In this document: positions 40,314 to 51,101 of the stretch, in pieces
How the letters are laid out: each line of letters starts with the position of its first letter
Numbering within the stretch: the first letter of the stretch is position 1
Origin: Bdellovibrionales bacterium
GTDB taxonomy: Bacteria > Bdellovibrionota > Bdellovibrionia > Bdellovibrionales > UBA1609
Direction: 5' to 3'
NCBI GenBank assembly: GCA_965261545.1
Contig: CBDHDF010000011.1
Coordinates: 544,001-608,000 of the forward strand
Length of the DNA: 64,000 bases
The notes under the pieces: model-generated
The model's database searches: none
What the model saw: the letters and a program-made list of their open reading frames with translations, nothing else
Told to the model about the DNA's origin: nothing
Translations under genes and position numbers: made by a program

Positions 40314-42524
40314 TTGCTGCTTGTCATTTGTGGGGGGCTCTGGGTCTTTGAACTAAACCGGGAAATCCTTAAGAGTTCCTCTAGGTCTTGGTTTCCCCCA
40401 CCTGTGGAGTACTACTCAGCAACAACCACCTTGACAAATAAACCTGGAGATTCCCCGTTTGAGAGTCCCCCAAAAAAATCCTACCCTAGGTTTCACCCAG
40501 AGAAGCATCCACGAAAGAGTTTGCAGAGGGATCCACATCAGAGCCAAAAACATCAAGAGAACCTGAAGACTCAGGGACACCAGCTTTTTGCCCAATTTTA
40601 TAACGAAAAGCCCGTTCTTCGGCAAATACTAACCCTTGGCGAAATCCCTCTCTTTTGTTTGCAAGCCATTACCGCCATTGAAGACAACCGCTTTCTCGAT
40701 CACGGTGGTATTAATTTCACAAGCATTTTCAGAGCCACTTTAAAAAATATCATAAATATTGGGTTTGTGGAGGGGGGAAGCACGATCACCCAACAGTTGG
40801 TGAAAAACTATTTCTTGACCCCCCAAAGAACTATCAAACGTAAGCTCAAGGAGATTATCATGGCCATGCTTCTGGAGCTTCGCTTGGACAAAGATGAAAT
40901 TTTACAACATTACCTCAATGTTATTTATATGGGACAAAGTGGCCCCTTTGAAGTTCGAGGCTATGGGTCAGCCTCCCAACACTACTTTGGTAAAACCCTT
41001 GCCTCTTTGAATTTGCCCGAGTGTGCTTTGATGGCCGCCATTGTTAATAGCCCTGGGCGCTTTGATCCCTCTCGGCACTCCGAACGGGCTCGTCAGCGAC
41101 GCCACCGGGTTCTTCGCAAAATGGCAGAACTTAACATGATTGAAGAAGATGAAAGAGAACAAGCAGACAAATTCCCTTTGCCCACAGGAATTAAAAAGGG
41201 ACTTTCCCAACCTCCTTTTTACTACCTTCAAGCCGTTCGTAGGGAACTCAAAAATTTAAATATAGATTCATCCAAGGGCTTAAAAGTTTACACCCACCTG
41301 GATATCTTTGCCCAAGAATCCGCCCACCAAAGCCTCCGCCAACAAATGCCTCTCATCGAGAACTTCTCGACAGAGCAGTTGAAAAAACAAATGGAACAAA
41401 TGGAAGGAAAATTGAGAAGACAAACTAAAAATCCAATTCGTGGAAAAAAGCTCTTCCCCACCGGCCACCATGCTGAAGACCTCCAAGCTCTTCTTATCAG
41501 CATACGCTTAGATAATGCCTCCATTGTGGCCCTAGAGGGAGGACGAGGCTACAAGAAGACTCAGTACAACCGAGCTCTGGATGCCCACCGCCAAGTGGGG
41601 TCTATCATGAAACCCTTTGTTTATCTGGCAGCCCTTGAGTCCATTGATGAAAACGGACAGCCCTACACTCCCCTCACTCTTTTAAATGACACCCCCTTTA
41701 CCCATAAATACGAAGGTCAGACTTGGAAACCACAAAATTATCAAAGGGATTTTAAAGGATCTGTTCCCCTTTTTTACGCACTAAAAAATTCTATCAATAT
41801 TCCCACAGCACGTTTGGGACTTCAGGTTGGCCTCTCCTCGGTCATGGATGTGACCAAAAGGTTGGGTGTGAAATCTAAAATCATCCCTCTTCCCTCCCTT
41901 GTTCTAGGGGCCTTTGAACTCTATCCTTTGGAAGTTGCTGAAGCCTTTACCACCATCGCCCGAGGGGGAAATTTTTCTTCCATTTCAACGATTTCCAGAG
42001 TGGAGTCTCTTCAAGGGGACTTGCTCTACCAAAGAGATCTCAAAAATGAAATCAGGGTCGCTCCCGAATCTGCCGCAACCCTCATAGGCATGTTGAAGCA
42101 AACGGTGACTACAGGGACCGCAAGAAGCCTTTCCTCTTGGAGAGGTTGGACTCGGCCCACCGCAGGGAAAACGGGGACCACAAACCATACCAAAGATAAC
42201 TGGTTTGTGGGCTTTACCCCCTATGTCCTCACAGTGGTGTGGGTGGGCTACGACGACAACCGTCCCACAGGTCTGACGGGGGCCTCAGGGGCCCTTCCCC
42301 TTTGGTGGAGTTTTATGAAAAAATACGGAAGCACCTTTCCCGCCGATGATTTTCTATGGCCCGAAAATACCTCTTCCTACGAATACTCTATAGAAGACCT
42401 AGCAAAGACTGTCATTGAACTGAGTGATTACGAAAGAAAAATCCATACCCTTATTTTTCGCAAAGGTCATGAGCCAGAGCCCCACTCATCAAACAAACCC
42501 CACTCTTCCAGTGATAATGATTAA
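40314..42524 (+). CDS. mrcB: Class A penicillin-binding protein (PBP1B-like)
   Basis: Transglycosylase motifs EDNRF and GGSTITQQLVKN; transpeptidase SIMK, SIN and KTG. Start uncertain. Confidence 0.88.
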   Translation: MLLVICGGLWVFELNREILKSSSRSWFPPPVEYYSATTTLTNKPGDSPFESPPKKSYPRFHPEKHPRKSLQRDPHQSQKHQENLKTQGHQLFAQFYNEKPVLRQILTLGEIPLFCLQAITAIEDNRFLDHGGINFTSIFRATLKNIINIGFVEGGSTITQQLVKNYFLTPQRTIKRKLKEIIMAMLLELRLDKDEILQHYLNVIYMGQSGPFEVRGYGSASQHYFGKTLASLNLPECALMAAIVNSPGRFDPSRHSERARQRRHRVLRKMAELNMIEEDEREQADKFPLPTGIKKGLSQPPFYYLQAVRRELKNLNIDSSKGLKVYTHLDIFAQESAHQSLRQQMPLIENFSTEQLKKQMEQMEGKLRRQTKNPIRGKKLFPTGHHAEDLQALLISIRLDNASIVALEGGRGYKKTQYNRALDAHRQVGSIMKPFVYLAALESIDENGQPYTPLTLLNDTPFTHKYEGQTWKPQNYQRDFKGSVPLFYALKNSINIPTARLGLQVGLSSVMDVTKRLGVKSKIIPLPSLVLGAFELYPLEVAEAFTTIARGGNFSSISTISRVESLQGDLLYQRDLKNEIRVAPESAATLIGMLKQTVTTGTARSLSSWRGWTRPTAGKTGTTNHTKDNWFVGFTPYVLTVVWVGYDDNRPTGLTGASGALPLWWSFMKKYGSTFPADDFLWPENTSSYEYSIEDLAKTVIELSDYERKIHTLIFRKGHEPEPHSSNKPHSSSDND

Positions 42525-44857
42525 AATGTCTCTGTCACAGCAGGCCGCCCATCCTCATCTTCAAAAAGATCTTCCTCTTTGGCGGCTTCTTCGCTGGAGA
42601 GGCGATTCTCTTGAGACTTGCGCGGAAGATTCTCAATGACGTCTTTGTGGTAATCCTTTCCCTTCATGTAGGTCTTAATAAAGTCAAGACGCTCATTGAG
42701 TTTTTCATTGAGTAAGTCGGAATTATCCTGAGACATGCGAACTACTTTGGGAGTGATAAAGACGAGCAGATTCTTTTTTACTCGATCAATTTTTCTCCCC
42801 TTAAATAGCCAGCCCAGAAGGGGAATATCCCCAAGCAAAGGCACCTTGTTCACCTGCTCAGACTCTTGGTCTTGCATAAGTCCCCCAAGCACCGCCGTAT
42901 CACCGCTATCCACCACAATGGAAGTCTTAATGGCTCTCGTATTTAGAGTCACTGCAGCATTGGCCAACTGAGAAGCCTGAACACGATCCTGTGAAACCTG
43001 CTTCACTTGCTGGTCAATATTCATCATCACAGAATCTGTGTCTGGACTAATAAAGGGAGTGATCGTCAGCTTAATGGTCGCCTGCTTTCTTTCAATGGAC
43101 TGTACATTTCCCGTGGTCGTGGACGTAGTTGTTGTCCCCACGGGAACTTCCTGACCCACTTCAATGGTGGCCTCTTCGTTGTCCACTGCCATGATTTGAG
43201 GTTGCGAGAGAATATTGCCACCCACATGAGTTTTAAGAAAATGAATGAGGGTAAGAAGGCTTGGAATTGTGGCTGTTTTCCCTGTGGGAAGCTGAAGTTC
43301 AAAGGTCTCCCCATCTCCAAAACCAAGAATCGCTCCCGCCCCACCTAGGGGATTTGCAAAGTCGGCCAGTGTGCCTGTTCCAAAACCAACTCGCCCCAAC
43401 CCATTGCTATTGTGGTCAAACTTAAAGTAGTTGACCCCCCAGTTGGACCCCCTTTGAGCATCCATCTCCATAATGATGGTTTTCACAAACACCTGGTCTC
43501 GGGAGATGTCGAGCTTTGCCAAAAGACCCTTGACAATGGCATAGTCTTGTTTGCTGGCTGTAACCACAAGGCTGTTGGTGACTTCATCGGCGGTGATTTT
43601 CACGTCGCCACCAAAAAGGCTGGAATTTCCTGAAGAACTTGGCTGGGGTCGTCTCGAATTTCCTCCTGGACGCTTAGTGCTTTTAACATCGGCAGCAATA
43701 CCACTGAGAACATCGGCAATTTGCTTTGCCTTCACATGTCGAACATAATAGACGTAAACCCCTCCCGCATCTTCGGGGTTGAGAGGAAAATCTAGTTTTT
43801 TCACAAGTTTTTTTATGCGAATAATTCCCGCTTTATTTCCCATGACAATAATGGAGTTGGAACGGTCATCGGGAACGACAAGAGAGTAGGACTCAGATCC
43901 CGACTGCCCCCCAGCTCCTCTTGACTTTGAGCGACGGCGAAAGCGAGATGATCCGGAACGCCTCCCACTGCTACCTTTGTTTATAATTTTATCAATAATA
44001 CTAGATATTTCCTTGGCCTTGGCATGTTCAATGCGAATGACTGTCAGTTGTTCCTCAAAGCCTGGAACATCGAGGTGATCTAAGATTCCAGAGATACGCT
44101 GAATATTGGATCCATAGTCTGTGATAATAATCGAATTGGTGGGCCCATAGGCCTGCATTTCTCCTGACCGAGACTTCAGCCGACTGAGGGCCCGTTGAAC
44201 TTCTTCAGCACTGATGTATTTAAGGCGGATGATTCTTGTAATCATTTGGTCGGTGTTGGGAAAATACTCGGTGTAGGTTTCAATGCTATTTTTTTGGGCA
44301 TCCTTAGCCGACATAATTTTTAAAAACTTTCCACTGGGGACAATGGTGAGGCCATTCATGGCCAAAGCAGAGAGAAAAGCCTTGTAAGCCTCGGCCACTG
44401 TGATTTTTGATGGCGCAAGAATCGTAATTTTTCCTCGAATCTTACTGTTATCAAGGATAATATTTTTACCTGTCAGTTTATTCATGGCCTTAATGACTTC
44501 GACCAAATCCGTATTTTGAAAATCAAAACTATCTATAATATCAGGAAAATTTTCATTGGTGATATCTTCTGGATTGGCCTGAGACATATCGACTTTCGTG
44601 TTGGAAAGACTTCCCCCCTGGGAAGTTCCACTCCCCTTGGAGGGGGAGGGAGTTGAACCTTGGGAATTTTGAGCAGAAACCTCCGTCCCCGCAACCAGCA
44701 GCCAGAAGAGAAAAATAAAAGTTACTGGCTCCAAAAAAGAAAAAAAAATCCTTAATTTTTGCACGCTCACACTCCTTGTGATCCATTTGGCTTCATGCCA
44801 CCTATTGTGTTCAGTTTGTTGTATGCAGTTTAGTTCACGGCACTTATCTTGTTGCAC
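42521..44857 (-). CDS. gspD: Type II secretion secretin GspD
   Basis: N0-N3 domains and secretin signature KVPLLGDIPLLGWLF..LLVFITP. Confidence 0.95.
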   Translation of the reverse strand: MQQDKCRELNCIQQTEHNRWHEAKWITRSVSVQKLRIFFSFLEPVTFIFLFWLLVAGTEVSAQNSQGSTPSPSKGSGTSQGGSLSNTKVDMSQANPEDITNENFPDIIDSFDFQNTDLVEVIKAMNKLTGKNIILDNSKIRGKITILAPSKITVAEAYKAFLSALAMNGLTIVPSGKFLKIMSAKDAQKNSIETYTEYFPNTDQMITRIIRLKYISAEEVQRALSRLKSRSGEMQAYGPTNSIIITDYGSNIQRISGILDHLDVPGFEEQLTVIRIEHAKAKEISSIIDKIINKGSSGRRSGSSRFRRRSKSRGAGGQSGSESYSLVVPDDRSNSIIVMGNKAGIIRIKKLVKKLDFPLNPEDAGGVYVYYVRHVKAKQIADVLSGIAADVKSTKRPGGNSRRPQPSSSGNSSLFGGDVKITADEVTNSLVVTASKQDYAIVKGLLAKLDISRDQVFVKTIIMEMDAQRGSNWGVNYFKFDHNSNGLGRVGFGTGTLADFANPLGGAGAILGFGDGETFELQLPTGKTATIPSLLTLIHFLKTHVGGNILSQPQIMAVDNEEATIEVGQEVPVGTTTTSTTTGNVQSIERKQATIKLTITPFISPDTDSVMMNIDQQVKQVSQDRVQASQLANAAVTLNTRAIKTSIVVDSGDTAVLGGLMQDQESEQVNKVPLLGDIPLLGWLFKGRKIDRVKKNLLVFITPKVVRMSQDNSDLLNEKLNERLDFIKTYMKGKDYHKDVIENLPRKSQENRLSSEEAAKEEDLFEDEDGRPAVTETF

Positions 44858-44955
44858 TCACTGCTTGTACTTATTGTACTCATTGCACTCAAAGTTCTCA
44901 AGTAAATGTCAAAATTCCTACGAGAGAGAATGTCAAAACCCTAAATCATTAAGAA

Positions 44956-45936
44956 TTAATCCGAAATAGAGTACGTGTTATCTTCAATGCGACCATCGCG
45001 TTCAATACCTATTTGAACTTTATCCGACTTTTGAAGTTCTCTATAAAGAGTCATGGCCTTAGATGGACTATTGATGGGTTCATTATTCACTTTCTTAATA
45101 ATGTCACCCACCTTAAACCCCAGTTTCTCATAAATACTATTGGGCTGAATAGAAACAAAACGAAAGCCCTCCACCTTTCCCCCTGCCCCCAAATTGGGAA
45201 CCATACGTGCCTGTTTTAAAACAGAAGATAAATTATTTGTGTACTTTGTTATATCTGACCTTTTAAGGCTAAACTGATTGCTACTGGTTTGTTTGATTTC
45301 ATTACTACCACTAGGAACCACACTCTTAGAAACACTTGCATTCTTAGAGCCCAGAGCAACACCCTTGTCCTGGGGTATTTCAATGTACTCGTTCCGCCCA
45401 CTACTGAGATTTTTTAAGATCACTTTACGGCGTTCAATAGCAATAATTTTCGCCAGACCACTGATTTCTTCATGGGCACGAAAAGCTGTCGCCTCGGCAT
45501 TGGTGCGCCCTGTGGCAATGATCGTCGCTAGGGACCTAGCGGGATTTCTGTGAACAATGGTTCCCTTGAGTTCCAGGGGAAGGGAACTTAAAACAGGGAC
45601 ACCCTGGTCCGCCGGTTTTTTATCCTTAGTGGAACCTTCATCTGCCAAAGGTTCAGGGATAACACCATCTTTATTAAAGATATTTCTTTTAACAATGGCA
45701 GCATAATTGGACAAGGACTCACGAATAGAAGTCACCTTTTGGACGGGAGGCTCGGGAGGTGCATCTGTGGGTAACATCTGAGGACGAAGATACAAAATCG
45801 TAAGATCAGCGACTATATAAGCCATAAAAATAATCAGAATGTAGACATAAAACTTCTCAAAGCGACGCTGAAAACCATTTGGTGGCTCATTGGAAATCCT
45901 ATGACTGGAGGCGGAACTTTTTAGGCTCATAACCAA
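44956..45936 (-). CDS. gspC: Type II secretion protein GspC (PDZ domain)
   Basis: Transmembrane segment, RNIF, LELKGT, C-terminal PDZ; upstream of gspD. Confidence 0.9.
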   Translation of the reverse strand: MVMSLKSSASSHRISNEPPNGFQRRFEKFYVYILIIFMAYIVADLTILYLRPQMLPTDAPPEPPVQKVTSIRESLSNYAAIVKRNIFNKDGVIPEPLADEGSTKDKKPADQGVPVLSSLPLELKGTIVHRNPARSLATIIATGRTNAEATAFRAHEEISGLAKIIAIERRKVILKNLSSGRNEYIEIPQDKGVALGSKNASVSKSVVPSGSNEIKQTSSNQFSLKRSDITKYTNNLSSVLKQARMVPNLGAGGKVEGFRFVSIQPNSIYEKLGFKVGDIIKKVNNEPINSPSKAMTLYRELQKSDKVQIGIERDGRIEDNTYSISD

Positions 45937-46055
45937 AGTTTATCAAGAATCCCTCAGTGTTGGCACCTATTTAGGTAGACATAGACCAAGATCTTGGGAA
46001 TGATAGAAATCGGCCAAAAACCATAACAAAAACATTCACAGAGGGGGAAGGAGTC

Positions 46056-47390
46056 ATGGGGGATATCTCCAAAAATTTATCGCGACGAGTTATTATTGTA
46101 GACACCAATGTTATTCTTTTTGATGCCTTAGCGATCACCAAGTTCAATGATGCTGAAGTTCACATTCCCTTTACTGTGATCGAGGAGGTGGATCGCTTTA
46201 AAAGAGACCTTGGTGAAAACGGGAGAAATGCCCGTCAATTTAGCCGCTTTATTGACATTTTGAGGTCCACGGGCTCTCTTGCCAAAGGGGTTCCTCTCGA
46301 TGGCAGCACTTCTAAAGTTTATGTCACTGTGGACAACGACTTGCAGGACCTCCCCCCTGAACTAGACACTCATATCGCCGACAACAGAATTTTGGGCACA
46401 GCCATTTCTCTGCAAAATGCAGACTCCAAAGCCGATGTGGAATTGGTCACCAAAGACATAAGTCTACGTATCAAAGCGGATGTGTTTGGAATCTGTGCCA
46501 AGGACTACGAGCCAGAAAGTCATCCCCAAGAAGAATTCTATTTAGGGACCAAGGAGATTCATGTCTCCTCCCCATCCATCGATCTTTTTTACAAAGACAA
46601 GTCTTTGAAATTGGATGAAACAGCCCACCTCCACGCCAACCAATACGTTTTGTTAAAGGATAAATCCAATGCGAACCACAGTGCCATTGGACGCTACAGC
46701 ATGTCTGAAGAAAAAATTGTCTCCCTCATTCATTCACCAGAAAGTGTATGGGGAATTTATCCTCGAAATGTGGAGCAAAGTTTTGCCATAGACGGCTTGT
46801 TAAATGATGATATTTTATTTATGTCCTTGGTGGGCAAGGCAGGTACGGGAAAAACCCTCTTGGCCCTAGCGGCGGGCCTGTTCAAAACCCTCGATGAGGG
46901 ACGTTTTCAAAGGCTTCTTGTGAGCCGTCCAATCTTTCCCATGGGACGTGACCTTGGCTATCTCCCCGGAGATGTGGAGCAAAAACTCAATCCTTGGATG
47001 CAACCCATTTTTGACAATATCGAATTTCTCATGGGTTCTGACAAAAAATCCGCCGGTCGTGCCCAAGAACTTATCAACCAAGGTATGGTGAATATTGAGC
47101 CCCTCACCTATATTCGAGGTCGATCCATACCCAACCAGTACCTTATTGTGGATGAGGCCCAAAATCTCACTCCCCACGAAATAAAAACTATTGTCACTCG
47201 CGCTGGGCAGGGAACCAAGGTTGTTCTCACAGGAGACATCTTCCAAATTGACAACCCCTATGTGAATTCAACCAACAGTGGGCTCACTTATGTCGTTGAA
47301 AAATTTAAAGGTCAAAGCATAGCGGCCCATATCTCCATGAAAAAAGGGGAGCGGTCTGAACTTGCCGAACTGGCTGCAAATATTCTCTAA
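46056..47390 (+). CDS. phoH: PhoH2 (PIN + PhoH ATPase) protein
   Basis: VDTNV PIN motif, GKAGTGKT, GYLPGD, RGRS and DEAQN. Confidence 0.93.
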   Translation: MGDISKNLSRRVIIVDTNVILFDALAITKFNDAEVHIPFTVIEEVDRFKRDLGENGRNARQFSRFIDILRSTGSLAKGVPLDGSTSKVYVTVDNDLQDLPPELDTHIADNRILGTAISLQNADSKADVELVTKDISLRIKADVFGICAKDYEPESHPQEEFYLGTKEIHVSSPSIDLFYKDKSLKLDETAHLHANQYVLLKDKSNANHSAIGRYSMSEEKIVSLIHSPESVWGIYPRNVEQSFAIDGLLNDDILFMSLVGKAGTGKTLLALAAGLFKTLDEGRFQRLLVSRPIFPMGRDLGYLPGDVEQKLNPWMQPIFDNIEFLMGSDKKSAGRAQELINQGMVNIEPLTYIRGRSIPNQYLIVDEAQNLTPHEIKTIVTRAGQGTKVVLTGDIFQIDNPYVNSTNSGLTYVVEKFKGQSIAAHISMKKGERSELAELAANIL

Positions 47391-47395
47391 ATTCC

Positions 47396-48841
47396 TCATC
47401 TCTCCTCCCAGTAAACAATATGAGGGCGACCTCCGGGAGGGGGTGAAGAAGAGGGGGTCGAAGATTTGCCAGGCTTGCCGCCTGCATCCTTGCCGCCTGC
47501 ACTCTTGCCGCCTGCACTCTTGCCGCCTGCACTCTTGCCGCCTGCACTGGGAGGCGAGCTCTGGTCCTCATTTTTATCTTTTTTGTCTTCTTTTTCTAGA
47601 AGAGTGATAAGGCGCTCTTTGGTTGCCTCAAAGTCATAGACGATGGCCACAATTTCCCGGGTGCTTTGGGCAAACTGTCCCGTACTCGTCACTCTGAAAT
47701 TAAAAATATCATCAAATAAAAGAGGAATCGCCCTTTTATTAAAATCTTCAGGGTCGATCTCGGAGCCATCAGCATTGGCAATAAAATTCACAAAATCATC
47801 TTCGTCTTTAAAGGGACCGCCCGCAAGAGGGTCTTCCCTTCTTGCAAGGATCTGGGTAACAATTTCTGGGGTCATCTCTGGATCCAAGGAGAGAAGAACC
47901 TCTTGGCTGGTATGATTGACTTGGATCCCCTTGTTCCCAAAAATAGTGATGCGATTTTGAAGAAGCTCAAAAAAATTATCCTCCATGGTCGCCACCATAT
48001 GGAGTTCATCCAAGGTTTTAAAGGGGGTATTGGGAGGTAAAAAATCGTTATTGAAAGATGTAAAATCAATTTCCTCAATGTCATAGTACTCATTTTTTTC
48101 ACTGCCCCCATTGAGACTCTGGTTGTCGGCATCCATCCAATCCACCATATTGTTTATCAGTTTTTCAAAGTCAAAATCTTCATATTTGTCTGCAAACTCC
48201 TCATTATTCTGCACCTCCATATTAAAAATATTGAAAAGCTGTTTTTTGGTGGCCTCCTGCAAAGCTTTTGATGATGAGCCCAAATCGTTGATGTCTATGA
48301 GTGCCCCCTCCAGGGAAATATCTGTCACATAGGAGGAATCCATGGAAGATTCCTTCTCGGCGTCTTTAATAAGCCTCTGGTTGACAAGGTCCAAGCCATC
48401 GGGAAGAAAAGCACTGGGAGGCCATGCCAGGGGAAAGCTCCAAATGGGTTCAAGGAGGCTCTTATCTATTTGATTACCAACAGCGGCAAGAGCCTTCTTG
48501 TAAACGAGAAGGCGCAAGAGGCTGATTTCAACTCCCGATTTGGCTGCATAATAGGCTTTAAGGCGACTTACCTGCTGGGAGGCCACTCTGTACTCCACAA
48601 TGGTTTCGTAGGACACAGAAATGGCAAGAAAGGTCATAAACATAAAGAAAAATAAAACCATCAAAAGGGCGACACCACGGGGTGGAGTTTTCATGATATG
48701 AGATGTGAAGGGGAAAAGGTCTTTGAAAACTTTGGAAGTGAGAACTCTTTGAAGTTTCCCCTTGACTCTCCCCCTGAAACTCAATTTTTCGTTCCCATAT
48801 ACTTTGGTAGCATAGTGGCAGAAATTAAAAAGGTTTATCAT
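47396..48841 (-). CDS. gspK: Type II secretion minor pseudopilin GspK
   Basis: RGVALLMVL, IDINDL, DWMDAD and PFKTLDEL. True start may be near 48694. Confidence 0.88.
   Translation of the reverse strand: MINLFNFCHYATKVYGNEKLSFRGRVKGKLQRVLTSKVFKDLFPFTSHIMKTPPRGVALLMVLFFFMFMTFLAISVSYETIVEYRVASQQVSRLKAYYAAKSGVEISLLRLLVYKKALAAVGNQIDKSLLEPIWSFPLAWPPSAFLPDGLDLVNQRLIKDAEKESSMDSSYVTDISLEGALIDINDLGSSSKALQEATKKQLFNIFNMEVQNNEEFADKYEDFDFEKLINNMVDWMDADNQSLNGGSEKNEYYDIEEIDFTSFNNDFLPPNTPFKTLDELHMVATMEDNFFELLQNRITIFGNKGIQVNHTSQEVLLSLDPEMTPEIVTQILARREDPLAGGPFKDEDDFVNFIANADGSEIDPEDFNKRAIPLLFDDIFNFRVTSTGQFAQSTREIVAIVYDFEATKERLITLLEKEDKKDKNEDQSSPPSAGGKSAGGKSAGGKSAGGKDAGGKPGKSSTPSSSPPPGGRPHIVYWEER
47474..47548. 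repeat. Five 15-bp tandem units encoding (S/D)AGGK in the GspK tail
   Basis: CTTGCCGCCTGCACT repeated; read directly. Confidence 0.95.
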
Positions 48842-49881
48842 TGAGTACGGGCTCCTTGTGGAGGCTGAGCACGGCCCCTCTGACTGGGGGAAGAAGATGG
48901 AGAAGAAGAGGCTTTTTTTCGCTTCAACCTTTCGTTGTTGGGAAAGCTAATACCTGCCACCATCGTCATGGTGATTTCTTTGTCCTTATCTTTATTTTTA
49001 TTCTGCAATGTCACCTTCACCTCCACCGCCGAGGGAAATTTCCCACGGGTGACAGCATCAGCATTTTCTCCTGTTTTCCACTTCTTAATCCACTGCATTC
49101 CCTTTTCTTTTTCAGGTCCTAAGTATCTAAGTTCAAAGGCTGTTACATTTTCAAGGAGAACCGTCTTACGCCCTCCCTCGCTGACCTCGTTATCAATGAA
49201 GGGGCTCACTCGTCTCCACAAACATGGGCTAGAAATTGTTTTATCCAAACGCCCTTTGCAATCTTTAACAAAATATCCCACCTCACTTTGACGACTCAAC
49301 TTGGAATTTCTTTTCGCCCTCACGTTGCTTAAACTTGTGAAGTGAAGGGAGTCTGGATCTCCCTGAAACTGGGTGAGTTGTTTTTGTACCTTCTTTTTAA
49401 ACTTGCTCTTCAAATAAGAACAGTATTGAAGAGTATTTTTAGGAGGTGCCTTTGAACCTCTGGGAGGAGAGGGGCGAGTAGGAGAGCGACCACGGGCGGC
49501 AGGAGGACGAGAGCTTTTCTTACGAATATTTTTCTCACAGCGCTTGATGCGTTCTTTTTGGCTTTCATTATAAATATCCACATTGATATCATAGTGATGA
49601 AAAGCGAGGTTAATGTCTTTTTGAATAACCTGAAGGGCATCGCGGAGAAGACCTGATTTATCTACCATTTTTTGAATTTTTTTCTTTGAACGAATGGCAT
49701 TTGTGATGGACTGAGATGTCCAGAGTCCCAAAAAAGAAAGAAGACTGAGGGCGATGAGAACCTCAATGAGGGTAAACCCCCACCCATTAGAAATGAGTTT
49801 AAGTCGCTGAGAATTCAAACTACCCCCCTCCATTTCAATCTCACCCCCCCCCAATAGAGAAAGGCTGGTTGTAATCCACAA
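48838..49881 (-). CDS. gspJ: Pseudopilin GspJ
   Basis: GFTLIEVL prepilin motif and position in the operon. Confidence 0.82.
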   Translation of the reverse strand: MWITTSLSLLGGGEIEMEGGSLNSQRLKLISNGWGFTLIEVLIALSLLSFLGLWTSQSITNAIRSKKKIQKMVDKSGLLRDALQVIQKDINLAFHHYDINVDIYNESQKERIKRCEKNIRKKSSRPPAARGRSPTRPSPPRGSKAPPKNTLQYCSYLKSKFKKKVQKQLTQFQGDPDSLHFTSLSNVRAKRNSKLSRQSEVGYFVKDCKGRLDKTISSPCLWRRVSPFIDNEVSEGGRKTVLLENVTAFELRYLGPEKEKGMQWIKKWKTGENADAVTRGKFPSAVEVKVTLQNKNKDKDKEITMTMVAGISFPNNERLKRKKASSSPSSSPSQRGRAQPPQGARTQ

Positions 49882-50377
49882 AGTACATAGTTAAATGGTA
49901 CTCGGCCTCTTTTTTCTTATCAACTTTAAAGAAAACAGAAACTTTTCCCTCTTTCACGGATTTTGAAATAAACTCTGTGGTTTGTTTGACCATCGTAAGG
50001 AGGAGTTCATCAGCTCCCTCCTCTCTTGACACCAAAAGAGAGGAGATATCGGGCATACTAAACTCTTTGACTTTAAACTCCCAACGATACTTGGAAAAAT
50101 CCTCACCAAAATCCCCACTTTCATCGTTGATTTCGTCAAGGGGAGTGTTTTTAAATTTGACTTCCATTTCAATGGCCTTTCTTTCCAAGAAAATCGCCAG
50201 TGTTTGTTTCGTTCGAGCCTGCCTCACCCTTAATAGGTTCCCCGACCATGCCGAAGCAATGGTCACGGCAACAATGGAGAGAATCCCCAAAGACACCATG
50301 ACTTCCACAAGGGAAAACCCACACATAGGCCGATATTTTCTAATAAGGCTAAGTCGACACTTTCTAATAAAGCTCAT
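49841..50377 (-). CDS. gspI: Pseudopilin GspI
   Basis: GFSLVEVM, SGDFGEDFSKYRW and position in the operon. Confidence 0.8.
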   Translation of the reverse strand: MSFIRKCRLSLIRKYRPMCGFSLVEVMVSLGILSIVAVTIASAWSGNLLRVRQARTKQTLAIFLERKAIEMEVKFKNTPLDEINDESGDFGEDFSKYRWEFKVKEFSMPDISSLLVSREEGADELLLTMVKQTTEFISKSVKEGKVSVFFKVDKKKEAEYHLTMYFVDYNQPFSIGGG

Positions 50378-50393
50378 AAGATATTTCGCAAAA

Positions 50394-51101
50394 TTATCGA
50401 TCTAAAATCTCCTTAAGACTGATATATTTACTGACAGCCTCAGCCTTGCCTGTGAGGGGGTGAATGGCAAGAGTCCATCGAAGTTTTTCACTGTATTTAA
50501 TATGGATGGCACTTTCGTCGACGAGACCTTGGGGGAAATAGTGAATATAGGCAACTCCATCGGTCAACTTTTCAGAGAGAGAAGCGATTTCAACATCCTC
50601 AAAAACCAAGCCTCCAACAAGAGGTTTCTTTTTGGGGGTCAGGGAACGATCCACCTCAAAATTAGAGCGAGGGGCCTCTTTGTCACCCTCTTGTTCCTTA
50701 TCCCCCTTATCCTCATAGGAAGTGTGGCGACTTCCCTCAGAGAGAAGAGTGGGGCCAGAGCTTTTTTCAACCCAATACTGGTGGGGAACTTGTGATGACT
50801 CACCTGTATGCATGTCTATGACCAGTCGATAGGTCACATTTTTTAACTTCGCCCGGTAACGAATGTCTCGGCTCAAAATTCCTATTTGTCGAATGGTGTC
50901 TTTAAGTTGATTGTTTCTATTGTTAATCCGACTTAACAAAAGAGTCGAGGCTGCTGCCACAAGGGTGAGAACAATCATGATCTCAATAAGTGTCATGCCC
51001 CCCTCTCGGTGGGCATGTGGTGACTTATGAATCGCTGTCGTCGTCACCTTCCGAAGAGATATCCTTGCTGTGCCCATCTCCCCCCTCCTCTCCATCTTCA
51101 C
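50394..51101 (-). CDS. gspH: Pseudopilin GspH
   Basis: GMTLIEIM, IHYFPQG and position in the operon. Confidence 0.8.
   Translation of the reverse strand: MKMERRGEMGTARISLRKVTTTAIHKSPHAHREGGMTLIEIMIVLTLVAAASTLLLSRINNRNNQLKDTIRQIGILSRDIRYRAKLKNVTYRLVIDMHTGESSQVPHQYWVEKSSGPTLLSEGSRHTSYEDKGDKEQEGDKEAPRSNFEVDRSLTPKKKPLVGGLVFEDVEIASLSEKLTDGVAYIHYFPQGLVDESAIHIKYSEKLRWTLAIHPLTGKAEAVSKYISLKEILDR

Noticed and set aside
46056..47390. PhoH2 as a toxin-antitoxin or defence system
   Set aside because: No adjacent antitoxin; PIN-PhoH genes are common chromosomal genes.
47305..47607. ORFs with VQAAR or CRLHS repeats
   Set aside because: Alternate-frame readings of the 15-bp repeat in gspK.
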